In this document: piece after piece, positions 29,146-39,803 of the stretch
How positions within the stretch are numbered: the first letter of the stretch is position 1
How the letters are laid out: each line of letters opens with the position of its first letter
Source of the DNA: Sulfolobales archaeon
GTDB taxonomy: Archaea; Thermoproteota; Thermoprotei_A; Sulfolobales; AG1
DNA length: 64,000 bases
Reading direction: 5' to 3'
Assembly: GCA_038867615.1 (NCBI GenBank)
Contig: JAWBYA010000002.1
Coordinates: 352,001 to 416,000 of the forward strand
Position numbers and translations under genes: made by a program
Notes under the pieces: model-generated
Databases searched by the model: none
What the model saw: only the letters and a program-made list of their open reading frames with translations
Told to the model about the DNA's origin: nothing

Positions 29146-30869
29146 GGATAGTGGTAGATAAGCACGATGTAATAGTAGTAGGGGCAGGACTGGCCGGGAG
29201 TGCTGCTGCATATTATCTAGCTAAGAGGGGCTATGATGTACTCTTGGTTGAAAAAGCCAAAGTACCTGGGCAGAGGAACGTTACTGGAGGCATTCTCTAC
29301 GGATCCTTTATCCCGGGGTATGGATTAATAGACCTCATACCGGATTTTGAAAGCGAGGCCCCCCTCGAGAGGAAGGTGGTAAAATACAGGCTTGCAATGA
29401 TATCAAGCCCCACATACCCCGCTGAGTATAGATATAGGGCTGTCGCTCCTAACGAGAGATCATATATGGTTCTAGAGATAGATGAGACGTCAGTGCTCGA
29501 TAGATTTATCCATAGAGGTATATCCACAGGGCATGACTACACAGTGATCAGGGCTAAGTTTGATAGATGGTTCGCAAGAAAAGTTGAAGAAGTTGGGGGA
29601 ATTGTGGTCACAGCAACAGCTGTCGAGGATCTCGTTATCGAGGATGAAAAGGTAGTTGGTATAAGAACAAATAAGGAGGAGATACACGCGGATCTCGTTA
29701 TCGATGCTAGCGGTATTACAAGCAAGCTCGTAATAAAGGCTGGGCTTAGAAAACCCCTAGATCCTAGCCAGGTTTACCATGGTATCAAACAGGTTTACCA
29801 ACTGAGTGAGGATGAAATTAACAAGAGGTTCGGGCTTAAAAACGGTGAGGGGATGGCTATAGCTATAATGGGTGATTTCCTCAGAGGAATGATCGGTGGT
29901 GGCTTCATATATACAAACAGGGATACGATCTCGGTAGGCCTTGTTGTTACAATGAGCAGCATGCTCAAGAGTCTCAGAAAAAACGTCGAAGAGATTGGAA
30001 AGCCGTTGGACGTGCTAGAGGATATGATCTCGCACCCGTATGTGAGCAGATTTATAGATGGTGCAAAGCTTGTTGAGTACTCAGCACACAACATTCCCAA
30101 AGGACCCATGACTTTTCTAGAAAAGCCTTTGAGAAGCGGCTTTCTAGTAGCTGGGGATGCTTTGGGAGCGTTTGTAAAGATAGGAGGTCTTATAGACGGT
30201 ATGAGGAGAGCCATAGCTACAGGGATCATGGCTGCCCAGACCTATATATATGCTAGGAAGAACAACGACTTCAGCGAAAAGACTCTCTCAATATACCTAG
30301 ATCTCCTCCAACCGATCTATAGGGATATCAGGAGGGCTGCTAGAAACAGCACCCTATCCGAGAGCAGGATTCTGTATGGTCCCGGGTATAGGCTTCTCCT
30401 AAGATTTCTCGGGAAAAAGGTCTTGGGAACCATAGGGGAGAGGATAAATAATAAGGATGCCTTACAGAAGATCCAGGAGAGAACAGGGCTCCTAGTATAT
30501 GAGGAGGATAAGAACTACTCACACATAAAGATAGACTACGCCGCAGCTAATAGAGATCCGTATAAGCTCTGGGTCCCAGCATGCCCAACCAACTGCTACA
30601 CATTATCGGTTCCCGGAAAGGGTATATTCGCCTCATATAGGGATCTATATAAACATAACCTAGAGAGGCTTAAAAAAACAGGATCTAGTGGTAAGGATCT
30701 CGAGAAAAAAGCCCTCGAAGAGACATGGAGAGACGTTGCTAGAGCTGAGATCAGGTTTGATCATGTTGCGTGCGTCTCATGCGGAACATGCTGGGTGATC
30801 GGTCCTCCAGATGTCATTTCATTCAACCCAGAGAGAAGCGGACATGGAGTTAAGTTTAGATACGGCTAG
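29142..30869 (+). CDS. fixC: FixC-like FAD-dependent ETF:quinone oxidoreductase fused to C-terminal FixX-like ferredoxin
   Basis: VVGAGLAG, GGGFIYTN and VAGDA motifs; C-terminal ACPTNCY, CVSCGTC and GHGVKFRYG. Confidence 0.88.
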   Translation: MRIVVDKHDVIVVGAGLAGSAAAYYLAKRGYDVLLVEKAKVPGQRNVTGGILYGSFIPGYGLIDLIPDFESEAPLERKVVKYRLAMISSPTYPAEYRYRAVAPNERSYMVLEIDETSVLDRFIHRGISTGHDYTVIRAKFDRWFARKVEEVGGIVVTATAVEDLVIEDEKVVGIRTNKEEIHADLVIDASGITSKLVIKAGLRKPLDPSQVYHGIKQVYQLSEDEINKRFGLKNGEGMAIAIMGDFLRGMIGGGFIYTNRDTISVGLVVTMSSMLKSLRKNVEEIGKPLDVLEDMISHPYVSRFIDGAKLVEYSAHNIPKGPMTFLEKPLRSGFLVAGDALGAFVKIGGLIDGMRRAIATGIMAAQTYIYARKNNDFSEKTLSIYLDLLQPIYRDIRRAARNSTLSESRILYGPGYRLLLRFLGKKVLGTIGERINNKDALQKIQERTGLLVYEEDKNYSHIKIDYAAANRDPYKLWVPACPTNCYTLSVPGKGIFASYRDLYKHNLERLKKTGSSGKDLEKKALEETWRDVARAEIRFDHVACVSCGTCWVIGPPDVISFNPERSGHGVKFRYG

Positions 30870-30908
30870 GCTTTAGTATTTACCGACGCCTGTTTTACCA
30901 CGGTGTTT

Positions 30909-31619
30909 TCAGGACTCCTCCTGGGATTCTTCGTAAACTTTTCTCTCGAGGGGGGGTGTCATAACCCTCTCCCTGAGATAGTTAACTATCTTCCTAGCCT
31001 CATCCTCAGCAACGTGCCTACCTATCTTTTGGGCTTCCAGTATCTTCTGCGCCAGCACGCCCTCAGGCGACTCTCCCTCTTGGATAGGGATTCTTAGTCT
31101 CTCAAACACCATTGGGCTTGGATGCAATATCGCCCCTTTCTTTATAAACAGTTCGTTATCAAGCCGGGTTACAACAAGCGAACCGACCTCTTCATCACCT
31201 AGTTTTAGAGTATATACTAGATCGCCATCCAGGGTCTCGCCAAGCTTTACAACCTGATACTCAACGCCTTTTCCAAAAGCCTCTTGCCAAAGCATTGCAC
31301 CACCAATGGATCTGACTATATTATCGATCTCCTTATCCCTCCTGAATACTTCTATCGATAATCTAGAAGGATCCCATACGATCTTTCCACCCTCTATTTG
31401 ATAGTCTATCCTTATCCTGACTACATCGCCCTTATCAACCTTAAACCTATCAACAAGAATCTTATACAACGTACTGTTGAGCTCACCAATTGCTCTCGCA
31501 ACCTCCTGCGACGAGATAACTCCTCCCCTAATCTCGTCTCTGAGCTGGGCAAACGCTGTTCTCCTAAGCTTATCAGCATACCCACCAGCTATTACATAAC
31601 CAGAGCTTAATGTTGGCAT
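30909..31619 (-). CDS. DUF2258 / ThermoDBP-related nucleic-acid-binding protein
   Basis: LSSGYVIAGGYADKLRR...KGDVVRIRIDY N-terminal domain; ATG follows GGTGA. Confidence 0.8.
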   Translation of the reverse strand: MPTLSSGYVIAGGYADKLRRTAFAQLRDEIRGGVISSQEVARAIGELNSTLYKILVDRFKVDKGDVVRIRIDYQIEGGKIVWDPSRLSIEVFRRDKEIDNIVRSIGGAMLWQEAFGKGVEYQVVKLGETLDGDLVYTLKLGDEEVGSLVVTRLDNELFIKKGAILHPSPMVFERLRIPIQEGESPEGVLAQKILEAQKIGRHVAEDEARKIVNYLRERVMTPPLERKVYEESQEES

Positions 31620-31699
31620 AGTATCACCATAGATCACTTATATATAAGGGGATAATAAATCGAACATACTGTTAATAGCAGTTTCATAATAGTAAAGTT

Positions 31700-31811
31700 G
31701 ATAGTACGCCCATGAATCAACAGGGATAGAGATCCTGCGGGCGGTGGAAACTCCTGGATATAACTATGAATAAAGATAAAGTGATTGAAACTAACACCCA
31801 GGTATAAACAG
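31700..31811 (+). mobile_element. Dispersed element, copy C (probable tnpB 3'-end remnant)
   Basis: CCCATGA..CAGGGATAGAGATCCTGCGGG..GGATATAACTATGAATAA..CCCAGG..TAAACAG aligns with the reverse complement of 17503-17610. Confidence 0.6.
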
Positions 31812-31833
31812 GCTGTGCAGCCAGAACTCTTAA

Positions 31834-32256
31834 CTAGGGGTATGAGACTCTACAGAAGTAGCTGGCTCCCTCGTATAGGGTTACCCTTACAATTATATCT
31901 TTTCTTCCAATCAGCTTGTATATATTCTCGGCTATCATCAATGCCATGTTCTCTAGGGTTGGATTACCTTTATCACATATCGTGATTTTTCTAAATATCG
32001 TCTGGACCTCGTCGCTGATCGTATAGCCTTTAGGTACTATCAAAGATCTGTCTAGATTGCTTGCCACACTTCTCACGATTCTCTCAAGCTCTCTAAGATC
32101 TAATATATAGCCCTCAGAACCCGGCTTCCCATAAATCTCTACAGATAGCCTATAGGTATGTCCATGCGGTATCAAGTCTATATCTAGAAAACCATGTGTT
32201 ATATGCATAGCCTCAAAGTATATACCGTCAACTCCAATGCTGATCTCTAAAGCAAT
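31834..32256 (-). CDS. queD: 6-pyruvoyl tetrahydropterin synthase family (QueD-like)
   Basis: FEAMH, HGHTY, LDL..L and NPTLEN motifs. Homology extends upstream of ATG 32208 to an ATT at 32256. Confidence 0.8.
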   Translation of the reverse strand: MALEISIGVDGIYFEAMHITHGFLDIDLIPHGHTYRLSVEIYGKPGSEGYILDLRELERIVRSVASNLDRSLIVPKGYTISDEVQTIFRKITICDKGNPTLENMALMIAENIYKLIGRKDIIVRVTLYEGASYFCRVSYP

Positions 32257-32489
32257 ACACCCCTTAATATGAATAGCAGTCCCGAATTAATAGCGAAGTC
32301 TATAATCTAGCCCTGGTGCGGGTCGTCTAAACAACATATAGAGAGGGGTTTAGAGATACAGACGTTCTAGCCAAGATCTTCCAAGTATTAGTTATGATCG
32401 GAAACAAGAGCTTTTATCTAGAAGAGAGATTCGAGGCTATTTTAAGCCCAGACGCCAACGCCTCTTTTAGCAATCTTGTCTGCAGAGAC

Positions 32490-33101
32490 CTAGGGTAGAG
32501 GCAGTGCTATAAGAACCATATAGCCCTTGGGGTCAGTGATTCTTAGGCTTATCATTGTACCGCTGGTGAATCTCTTATCGCTAAAGACTATAGCATCGCC
32601 ACCCACGGTTCTGGGATCATCGTGATTGATGATAACTATCCTAAGAACCTTTAACTCGCCTGGCATAACCGCCGGTGTATGAGTCCTTGTATTGGGAAAT
32701 CCCGTAGGTGTAACAATATCATCGTTAATCACTATATCTATGTAGGGGATCTCGAAGGCCACGCCTCCATTATTCCTTATACTAAGCACTACATCCCACA
32801 TAACCCTATCCTCTACAACAGCAACCTTAGAGATCCTCATAACCTTTACATCGATCATAGGCTGAGAAGCGCTTCCTTGGAAGACCCCAAGGATGAATGA
32901 TGCAAATAAAGCGGAAAGTAACGTGGCAAGCAGAGTAAGGCCGGTTACAACTATGACTTGACTGTTGGCAGCATTCTTAAGAGCTTTACACCTCAGAGGG
33001 ATAGACAAATCAGAAATAACCGGATAATGATAACGCACATTACCCTTAGAGGACATACCATGACCCATATGTCTTACCCTCTCGACAGCCATACAGATCA
33101 T
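32490..33101 (-). CDS. Putative archaeal type IV pilin-like protein
   Basis: Basic stretch, then A^NSQVIVV and a ~25 aa hydrophobic helix, then a beta-rich domain with IRNNG. Start uncertain. Confidence 0.5.
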   Translation of the reverse strand: MICMAVERVRHMGHGMSSKGNVRYHYPVISDLSIPLRCKALKNAANSQVIVVTGLTLLATLLSALFASFILGVFQGSASQPMIDVKVMRISKVAVVEDRVMWDVVLSIRNNGGVAFEIPYIDIVINDDIVTPTGFPNTRTHTPAVMPGELKVLRIVIINHDDPRTVGGDAIVFSDKRFTSGTMISLRITDPKGYMVLIALPLP

Positions 33102-33914
33102 TTACTATTGATCTGTAGAGGAATATATTAAGCAACCGCGCGAAAATCGCAGAATACCATATGAAAAGATTTTAAGCATCACCAAGAAAAATAGAATTAA
33201 CACTACATAGCCTCTCACAATAATAAGCCAAGGCGTAAATAATAATTTATCATTATTAATAATATTGATTTCTTTTTTACCAAGTATCCCTGCCTCTCTA
33301 CGCTTGTTAATTCACACCGATATAATCGTGCTAAATCGAATCGCGGCTTCTACACAAACATTGTAGGACAACAAGGGCAACAGTGGATTTAGAATCGATA
33401 CCCATCATCAGTTCTATTGAGAGAATCCCATAACATAGGGGCCGTTAACGTTCAATACAAAATACCCGACCACATAAAAACAACAAAACAATTAAAGGTT
33501 AGACGTGACGAACCATTAACTAAATATGATAGAAATCACTTATACAGAGTCGGGCTTTCATAGGGATTGGTCTTCTTAGTACCAACCGCTCAGTTCCTAG
33601 CTTCACACGTAGTACTTCTTTTATCAGAGCCCCCATCGCTAACCCCCACCTATTCAGAGAGACCCCAACCCACAGCCCCCAATAATATGCCTCAGATCCA
33701 CCGCTGTGAAAAACCTCTATATCCTGGATCTCTTTTAACCCGCCTACTCAGGTTCTCTATCTTTACCATCATTGTTGGACGGGCATCTCCATAGAATAAC
33801 AGGGCTTATATAATGTTCCATTATTGCAGAACTGCGAGTTAATATCATCATTATAAGCCTCATGAAACAAGAAACAGACGACCTGGCCAAATAAGACTCT
33901 TGGGAGACTAGGGT

Positions 33915-34451
33915 TTAGCCGCATGAAACCATTGCTATTCCATCTATTATTGGTAGAAGCTCTTCTAAGGCCTTCTGGTTGCAAGTCTCCACCAGAATCC
34001 TACCAGCTGCCGCCCCCGCGTATATCTTGAGATCCCTGGTTATGGATATTGCTCTTAAAGGAATGATTGTTATGTCGGGGACTAGAAGGGCTATTATGCC
34101 TAGACTATATTGCAAATGATCTTCGTGGATTCTTATACCTATGCTCTTATACGCCTCCTGAGCAATCCTCAATGTCTCCACAGTTTTAAGCAGCTTTAGG
34201 TCTAGTGCTACTACGAAGTTCCAGAGAGGTGTTATGAGATCTAGGCCTCTTGGTGGTTTCTCTGGATCTATGAGGGCTATGATCTCAAGCTCCCTCGCAG
34301 GCTCTTTAGGATCGACTCCGCAGCTCTTCATAGCATCAACAATCATGGCTGGAGATACAGAGTCTACACCCCTCAGATCTATGTATACACCATCAACCCT
34401 AGAGGGGCGTTCACCAGCATGCGGCTCCATATATACCTTCAAATGCTTCAT
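33915..34451 (-). CDS. Hypothetical protein
   Basis: 178 aa ORF co-oriented directly behind the phosphoesterase, with a GGTG SD. Confidence 0.65.
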   Translation of the reverse strand: MKHLKVYMEPHAGERPSRVDGVYIDLRGVDSVSPAMIVDAMKSCGVDPKEPARELEIIALIDPEKPPRGLDLITPLWNFVVALDLKLLKTVETLRIAQEAYKSIGIRIHEDHLQYSLGIIALLVPDITIIPLRAISITRDLKIYAGAAAGRILVETCNQKALEELLPIIDGIAMVSCG

Positions 34452-34468
34452 AAAAACACACCTTAGTG

Positions 34469-34978
34469 CTAAATCTCAACTATCCTTGCTTCCATCCTAC
34501 TTATATCAAGAACCGCAACTGTAGATCTCCCAGTAAGGATTCCGTAAACCTCTCCCGGATTTATGATCAGGGTTCCTTTCTCAACCCTTACATCTGGTTC
34601 ATGTGTATGTCCATAGAGAACCAGATCATAGTCACCGCTTTTGGCAATACTATTGATAATAGCCCTCGTCCTTTCCTTAGAGCCATATCCATGGACCATG
34701 AAGACCCGTTTACCCCCGATCTCTAACTCGAACGGTGGTTCATAGAGCTCCTGACCAGCCCTCACAGCTATCTCCCTTAAACCCAGCTTCTCTCCATCAT
34801 TGTTACCAAAGATCCCGACAAACCTAACCCCGCTTCTCAGTATCCTTGCAAGAGAAAACGGCGCCACATAATCTCCTAAATGTATTATCATCCTAACCCC
34901 ACTGCTAGAGAAAAAGCTCATAGCAGCATCTATTTTGGCAATATTATCATGGCTATCACTCATAATGCCTATGAGCAT
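34469..34978 (-). CDS. Metallophosphoesterase (YfcE/MJ0936 family)
   Basis: SDSHDN, HLGD, GNND, VHG, GHTH and INPG motifs. Confidence 0.93.
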   Translation of the reverse strand: MLIGIMSDSHDNIAKIDAAMSFFSSSGVRMIIHLGDYVAPFSLARILRSGVRFVGIFGNNDGEKLGLREIAVRAGQELYEPPFELEIGGKRVFMVHGYGSKERTRAIINSIAKSGDYDLVLYGHTHEPDVRVEKGTLIINPGEVYGILTGRSTVAVLDISRMEARIVEI

Positions 34979-35243
34979 AGAACCACCATCGATCCTCTAC
35001 CACTAACGCTTTTAAGCAGAAAACCGTTGGCCAACGCTTCGAAACCTACTAGGGTTTACAAAAACCAATACTAAATCTATGGTTCTACGAGAACACAAGA
35101 CCCGGTGAAATACTCTACAGAGATGCCAGCCCACGGTTTACTTCATAAAGACCAAAGCAATCAAGGAATATAAGGATTGGCGTGATAGTGGTTCGTATCA
35201 AAGCTTTCTGCCGGTCAAAAATCTAAAGTGTGGTGGTTATGTT

Positions 35244-36143
35244 TTGAAGGTTATTCTTGACATGGATCCTGGTATAGATGATGCTGTGGCGCTCGTAATG
35301 GCTTTAGGGTCTAGAGATGTAGAGATCCTCGGAGTAACAGTTGTCTCAGGCAACGTTCATGTGGATCAGGGTGTTAGGAACGTGCTTAGAATAACGGATT
35401 ATCTAGGTAAGAAGGTTGATATCTATAAAGGCTCTGAGAAACCTCTCATAAGAGATTTGGTGACCTCTGAACATGTACATGGTTCCGATGGTCTTGGTGA
35501 TTCTGACCTACCTCTTAGAAAAGAGATCACCGCTAGAGAGAATGCTATTAAATTCATCGTCGAATCGACCCTTAGTGAGAGGGTCTCTATAGTGGCTACG
35601 GGTCCCCTTACCAATATAGCTAAAGCCATCCTTATCGAGCCAAACATCTCCTCTAAAGTCGAGGAGATCGTTGTTATGGGCGGGTGCTTTGGGTTAACAA
35701 GATACGCTAAGGGTAATGTAACGCCATATTCTGAATATAACTTCTACGTAGATCCCGAGGCTGCTAAGATTGTGATCAGGTCAGGGGCTAGGATCAGGAT
35801 CGTTGGCTTAGACGTGACCCAAAACCACTCATCGATGCTCACCAGAGAAAGGGCCGAGGATCTTAGGAGGATTGGTAAAGGTGGGGATCTTATATATAGA
35901 ATAACCCGCAAACCACTCATCGATAGAGGATATTTCGAGCTCCACGACGCCATTGCTATGGCGTCGAAAATAGACCATAGCATTGTTGCGTTCAAAGACT
36001 TGTATATTTCGATAGATACATGTTATGAGAGGGGCAGAAGCTATGCATATACAGAGCCTTCTAACTCTGATGGGAAAGCGCTGGTGGGATACGATATCGA
36101 TTCGGAGAGGTTCTATAGCCTGCTCAGAGAGACACTAAAATAA
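35244..36143 (+). CDS. Inosine-uridine type nucleoside hydrolase
   Basis: DMDPGIDD, HGSDGLG, TGPLTNIA, EYNFYVDPEAA and LHD motifs. Confidence 0.95.
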   Translation: MKVILDMDPGIDDAVALVMALGSRDVEILGVTVVSGNVHVDQGVRNVLRITDYLGKKVDIYKGSEKPLIRDLVTSEHVHGSDGLGDSDLPLRKEITARENAIKFIVESTLSERVSIVATGPLTNIAKAILIEPNISSKVEEIVVMGGCFGLTRYAKGNVTPYSEYNFYVDPEAAKIVIRSGARIRIVGLDVTQNHSSMLTRERAEDLRRIGKGGDLIYRITRKPLIDRGYFELHDAIAMASKIDHSIVAFKDLYISIDTCYERGRSYAYTEPSNSDGKALVGYDIDSERFYSLLRETLK

Positions 36144-36282
36144 TATATTCAAGCATCACCATGAAAAAATAACTGTTATTCTTATGTCCCGCTTGGATGG
36201 AATAATAACCTTTATCGGAACAATATGGACCACGGTATCCCTTAAAACAACCTGTGAAACATACTATGGTGAAGGTGAGAAG

Positions 36283-36891
36283 ATGCAGAGCATGAAAAAG
36301 ATCCTAGCAATAGGAGTTCTGCTAGCAGTATCGATAGGACTCGCATATCCATTAGCAGTCTCAGCTCTCTCTATAGCGACCAGCAACATAAGCAAGCAAA
36401 GCCCCCACAGCTATGTAGCAATCTCGGACGACGATCTAGAAAATGGCTATTACGCATTCGCTAAACATATCGCTACTCAGAAACGTGGTGAAGGCCATGA
36501 TGACGATCATGATGATCGTTACTATCCTTCACACATGTTTGGGAGAACAGTGCTTTCGGCATTCATCAATATAACCGATACAAATATACCCAACACCTCA
36601 GTTGGTGATAAAGCCTCACTGGTGCTTCTCAAGAAAGGAGGCAACCACAGCCTGTTATTGACTGTAAAAGCTAAGAGTAGTAAACACGTATACCTAGCTA
36701 TGGTGAATGTGACAAGCCTCACGGTGAATTCTGATAAAATTTCGATAAGTGGTTCCATAAATAGGAGCAACATACCTGGGTTCAGCACCGGCTCCCAGAT
36801 ATCTATAGAGATCAAAATAGGGTTTGCCAGCATTACATCAGGATCCTATCAGCTTAGCGGCGATGTTCTAAGCCTCATATTTAAGAGATAG
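36283..36891 (+). CDS. Secreted hypothetical protein
   Basis: ATG after GGTGA; signal peptide MKKILAIGVLL...; His/Asp patch GHDDDHDDR; beta-rich, Ser-rich body. Confidence 0.7.
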   Translation: MQSMKKILAIGVLLAVSIGLAYPLAVSALSIATSNISKQSPHSYVAISDDDLENGYYAFAKHIATQKRGEGHDDDHDDRYYPSHMFGRTVLSAFINITDTNIPNTSVGDKASLVLLKKGGNHSLLLTVKAKSSKHVYLAMVNVTSLTVNSDKISISGSINRSNIPGFSTGSQISIEIKIGFASITSGSYQLSGDVLSLIFKR

Positions 36892-36962
36892 AATAAGATT
36901 TTTTATAAACTATAGATACAAATGTTTTTTTAACGCTCTATCACAAGCCAATCAAGAATCCA

Positions 36963-37241
36963 TCACCTAGTCAGATCATGACCACTGATCTTGCCATCAT
37001 CCGAACTCCCTAGACTCTTTATGGCACTGTTTATTAACATGAGTATCTCGTCAACCGTTGATCTGCATGTGAGTATCCTATTTTCATGACATTCAAAAAC
37101 CATATATATAGATCTATTTCTCTTCTCCATATGTATAACAACCCCCATGGGTATATCTATGTTATCAGGTTCTAGAGATCTGATCACGATATCTGGGTCT
37201 AGATCTTCTGTACTTATCTCTACCTCAACCCTGATGATCAC
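36963..37241 (-). CDS. pcc1: KEOPS complex subunit Pcc1
   Basis: SLEPDN and R.TVDEIL motifs; sits in the conserved rps15-DHH-pcc1 neighbourhood. Confidence 0.82.
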   Translation of the reverse strand: MIIRVEVEISTEDLDPDIVIRSLEPDNIDIPMGVVIHMEKRNRSIYMVFECHENRILTCRSTVDEILMLINSAIKSLGSSDDGKISGHDLTR

Positions 37242-38416
37242 TGTAATAAGCTAACCACCTCAGCAGCCTCTTGGACACTCTCGACAATAGCCAGCCCGCC
37301 TTGTGTTATTCTCAACCCCTTCATGGATACGGGGTCTATTGTTTTATCAACAGGTACAGCGTAGCCTCCCTCTATCTCGTAAACAGCATAGCCATTATAG
37401 TGTGAAAGTAGTGCTAATACTCTATGCACGGGCCATATTATGTTCACAGAGACCTTCGGATATATGGTCACCATCCTGCCCTTTACCGAGTATGTGGATA
37501 CTCTCTTACTCTTATCAATAATATCCTTTAGATAGTCAATAATCATTCTTTTATGATCTAGACACCTATATGCTATTCTAGACAGCCCCGGCATGCCTGT
37601 TGATATATAGGATGAAACCTCCGGGGATCCGCTAGCTATAGAGGCTAACAAGCATATGTGGAGCTCATAAGGATCCACAAAAGGATATTCATCCCAGTAT
37701 ATAGGTTTTAACCCTACCGAGACAAGCTCCAACCCCGTGAGATCGTTGATAGCTTTTGAGAGTTTCTTAAGCGACTCTTTATCACTCTGCTGTATAGAAC
37801 CAACAATCTCAGAAACCTTGGAGGGGTTGCCCGTGACTCCTGGTATATATGGATCCAGAGTGTTTTCAAAAACATATGATAAGCTGTCCCAGACCCCAAA
37901 GCCCATGACCTTCAACCCCTCCTTTATATGACTAGCATCAGATCCAAAGATCTCTCCAAGAGCGGAGATAATCTTATCATCAACACTTGATAGGAGATTC
38001 TTTGAAAAAGAAGCCATATGACCAGCCACAGCCGCGCCCCTAAGCTCTCTCGGAACTTGGTAGAACTGCGAGACCGCTCCTAAGACTTCCTGAGATATAG
38101 ATCCCGACGCATATGCTATAACCCACTCACTGATCTTCGAGCTCTCATCCCTCCTCCTAAGGATAACAAGGCCTCCTCCGCCCCTAGGAGGTTTTGAGCC
38201 TATCACGAGCGAGGTATCAGGCGGTATTGTTGTTAAAAGTGTTGATGCGGAGGAGACTCCTACATCGATCCTATGTGCGCTCATCAACCTTATAACTATG
38301 GATGCTGCTATCACGGAATCTACATCATGCGAAACATAGATCTCACAATACTTCTTATCAAGAAGCTTTTTAAGAAACTCACCGATAATACCTTGACTAC
38401 CACTCTGCTGATCCAA
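37238..38416 (-). CDS. Degenerate RecJ/Cdc45-like DHH-superfamily protein
   Basis: SHDVDSVIAA (motif I remnant) and TLDPYIPGVTG; position between rps15 and pcc1; DHH motif absent. Confidence 0.65.
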   Translation of the reverse strand: MDQQSGSQGIIGEFLKKLLDKKYCEIYVSHDVDSVIAASIVIRLMSAHRIDVGVSSASTLLTTIPPDTSLVIGSKPPRGGGGLVILRRRDESSKISEWVIAYASGSISQEVLGAVSQFYQVPRELRGAAVAGHMASFSKNLLSSVDDKIISALGEIFGSDASHIKEGLKVMGFGVWDSLSYVFENTLDPYIPGVTGNPSKVSEIVGSIQQSDKESLKKLSKAINDLTGLELVSVGLKPIYWDEYPFVDPYELHICLLASIASGSPEVSSYISTGMPGLSRIAYRCLDHKRMIIDYLKDIIDKSKRVSTYSVKGRMVTIYPKVSVNIIWPVHRVLALLSHYNGYAVYEIEGGYAVPVDKTIDPVSMKGLRITQGGLAIVESVQEAAEVVSLLQ

Positions 38417-38419
38417 TAG

Positions 38420-38899
38420 CTAGCTCCCAGCCTTTCCGACAGTTACCTGCTGCGCGACTAGAAGCTTCGCCCTTTCCCTATCATACTCCCAATCTGGTGG
38501 TAGTTTTCCGACCCTTTTGTAGTACTTAACCAGCCTCCTTATCTTTGACTCTATTTCTATCAAACCCCTCTTCGAGTGAATATCCTTGGGGTGCTCCTCA
38601 AGATGTCTTAAGAGGTTCACAGCACGCTTTATAAGGTTAAACAGATCCTCTGGGATCTCTGGAGCAAGCCCGTGCTTCTCGAGAACCTTTGTTAGCTTCA
38701 CACCAAGAACCGATTTCGTGAGGGGAACACCATACTGGTCCCTTAGTATGAGGCCTATCATTGAGGGCGGATACCCCATCTTGCTAAGCTCAACAATAAC
38801 AGTCTCTATCTCCTCTGGCCTCATCTTAACCCATTTTGGTGGCCCAGCCCTCACAGGCCTTGTTGAGTGCGACTGCCCCTTATCCCTCTTTCTATTCAA
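38420..38899 (-). CDS. rps15: 30S ribosomal protein S15 (uS15/S13e)
   Basis: [24 protein letters not shown] and [17 protein letters not shown]; start refined to TTG 38899. Confidence 0.97.
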   Translation of the reverse strand: MNRKRDKGQSHSTRPVRAGPPKWVKMRPEEIETVIVELSKMGYPPSMIGLILRDQYGVPLTKSVLGVKLTKVLEKHGLAPEIPEDLFNLIKRAVNLLRHLEEHPKDIHSKRGLIEIESKIRRLVKYYKRVGKLPPDWEYDRERAKLLVAQQVTVGKAGS

Positions 38900-39011
38900 A
38901 CAAACACCAAAAGAAGAATAGTGTGGAGAAATATAAAAATTCTCTAGAAAGCAGGGTAAAAAGGCGACAGTGCTATTTATAAGGAACATCACTTGAGCTC
39001 TACTTTTAAGT

Positions 39012-39665
39012 CTAGGAAACCTTCGTTTCAGCTTTACTCTCGGTTGCAGATACAGAGGGTAGCTCTGGGAAGCTCTCCTTCATCCTCTGTTCGGCAACGA
39101 TTCTGGCTTCCTCGAGGATCTTTCTAGCCTCTGGCGATGAGTATGTAGCCTCTGTGAAGCCTACGCTGAGACCCTCACCGCTCTCTGTCACTACTTCTCT
39201 CAGGTTCTCCTCGAGCTCTATCATCTCGTATGAGAACTCAGGCATTATCCCCCTAACAAGGCCTCTGAGCTCTCTAACAACACCTATTACTGGTGCTAGC
39301 TGCACGAAGGCCTCACCCATTAGAACCACTGTCTCTATCCTCATCGAGATCTGCTCAAGCGCGATCTGAACCACCGTCAGCTGTTTGACAGCCTTCCTTA
39401 TCTCAGCTATCTCGTTGGCAAGCATAGTGGCTCTAGTCGTATCCTTAGATATGAGGGCATCAACCACCCTCTCGAATAACACTCTATCCCTCTCCTTCAT
39501 CCTCTCAAGCTGGATTCCTATCCTGCTAACCAGCCCCTTTATCTTGTAATTAGCCATGAGGAGCTTGTACTTTATAGGCTCTCTCTTGGCAAAGGCCTTT
39601 TTAATCTTCTCACCAACACTTTCTCCACCCTCCCATCTCTTGGCAATGTCGACTATGTTTCCCAC
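39012..39665 (-). CDS. ESCRT-III/Snf7 family CdvB paralog (CdvB1/B2-like)
   Basis: [24 protein letters not shown]...RIET and EARKILEEA; C-terminal ELP MIM-like tail. Confidence 0.88.
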   Translation of the reverse strand: MGNIVDIAKRWEGGESVGEKIKKAFAKREPIKYKLLMANYKIKGLVSRIGIQLERMKERDRVLFERVVDALISKDTTRATMLANEIAEIRKAVKQLTVVQIALEQISMRIETVVLMGEAFVQLAPVIGVVRELRGLVRGIMPEFSYEMIELEENLREVVTESGEGLSVGFTEATYSSPEARKILEEARIVAEQRMKESFPELPSVSATESKAETKVS

Positions 39666-39803
39666 CTATCTACACACCTCGAATAGTATGCTTTTACCCT
39701 CCGGGGTATTTAAGACAAACCCCCAATTGTGCTGCTAATTACCCACTATACCTTAACACACATCTAACAGATCTACAGATCTCTAGAAAAACCTATAGAT
39801 CAT

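Noticed and set aside
33360-33411. Minus-strand CTGATGA C-box-like motif
   Set aside because: No D box at the expected distance.
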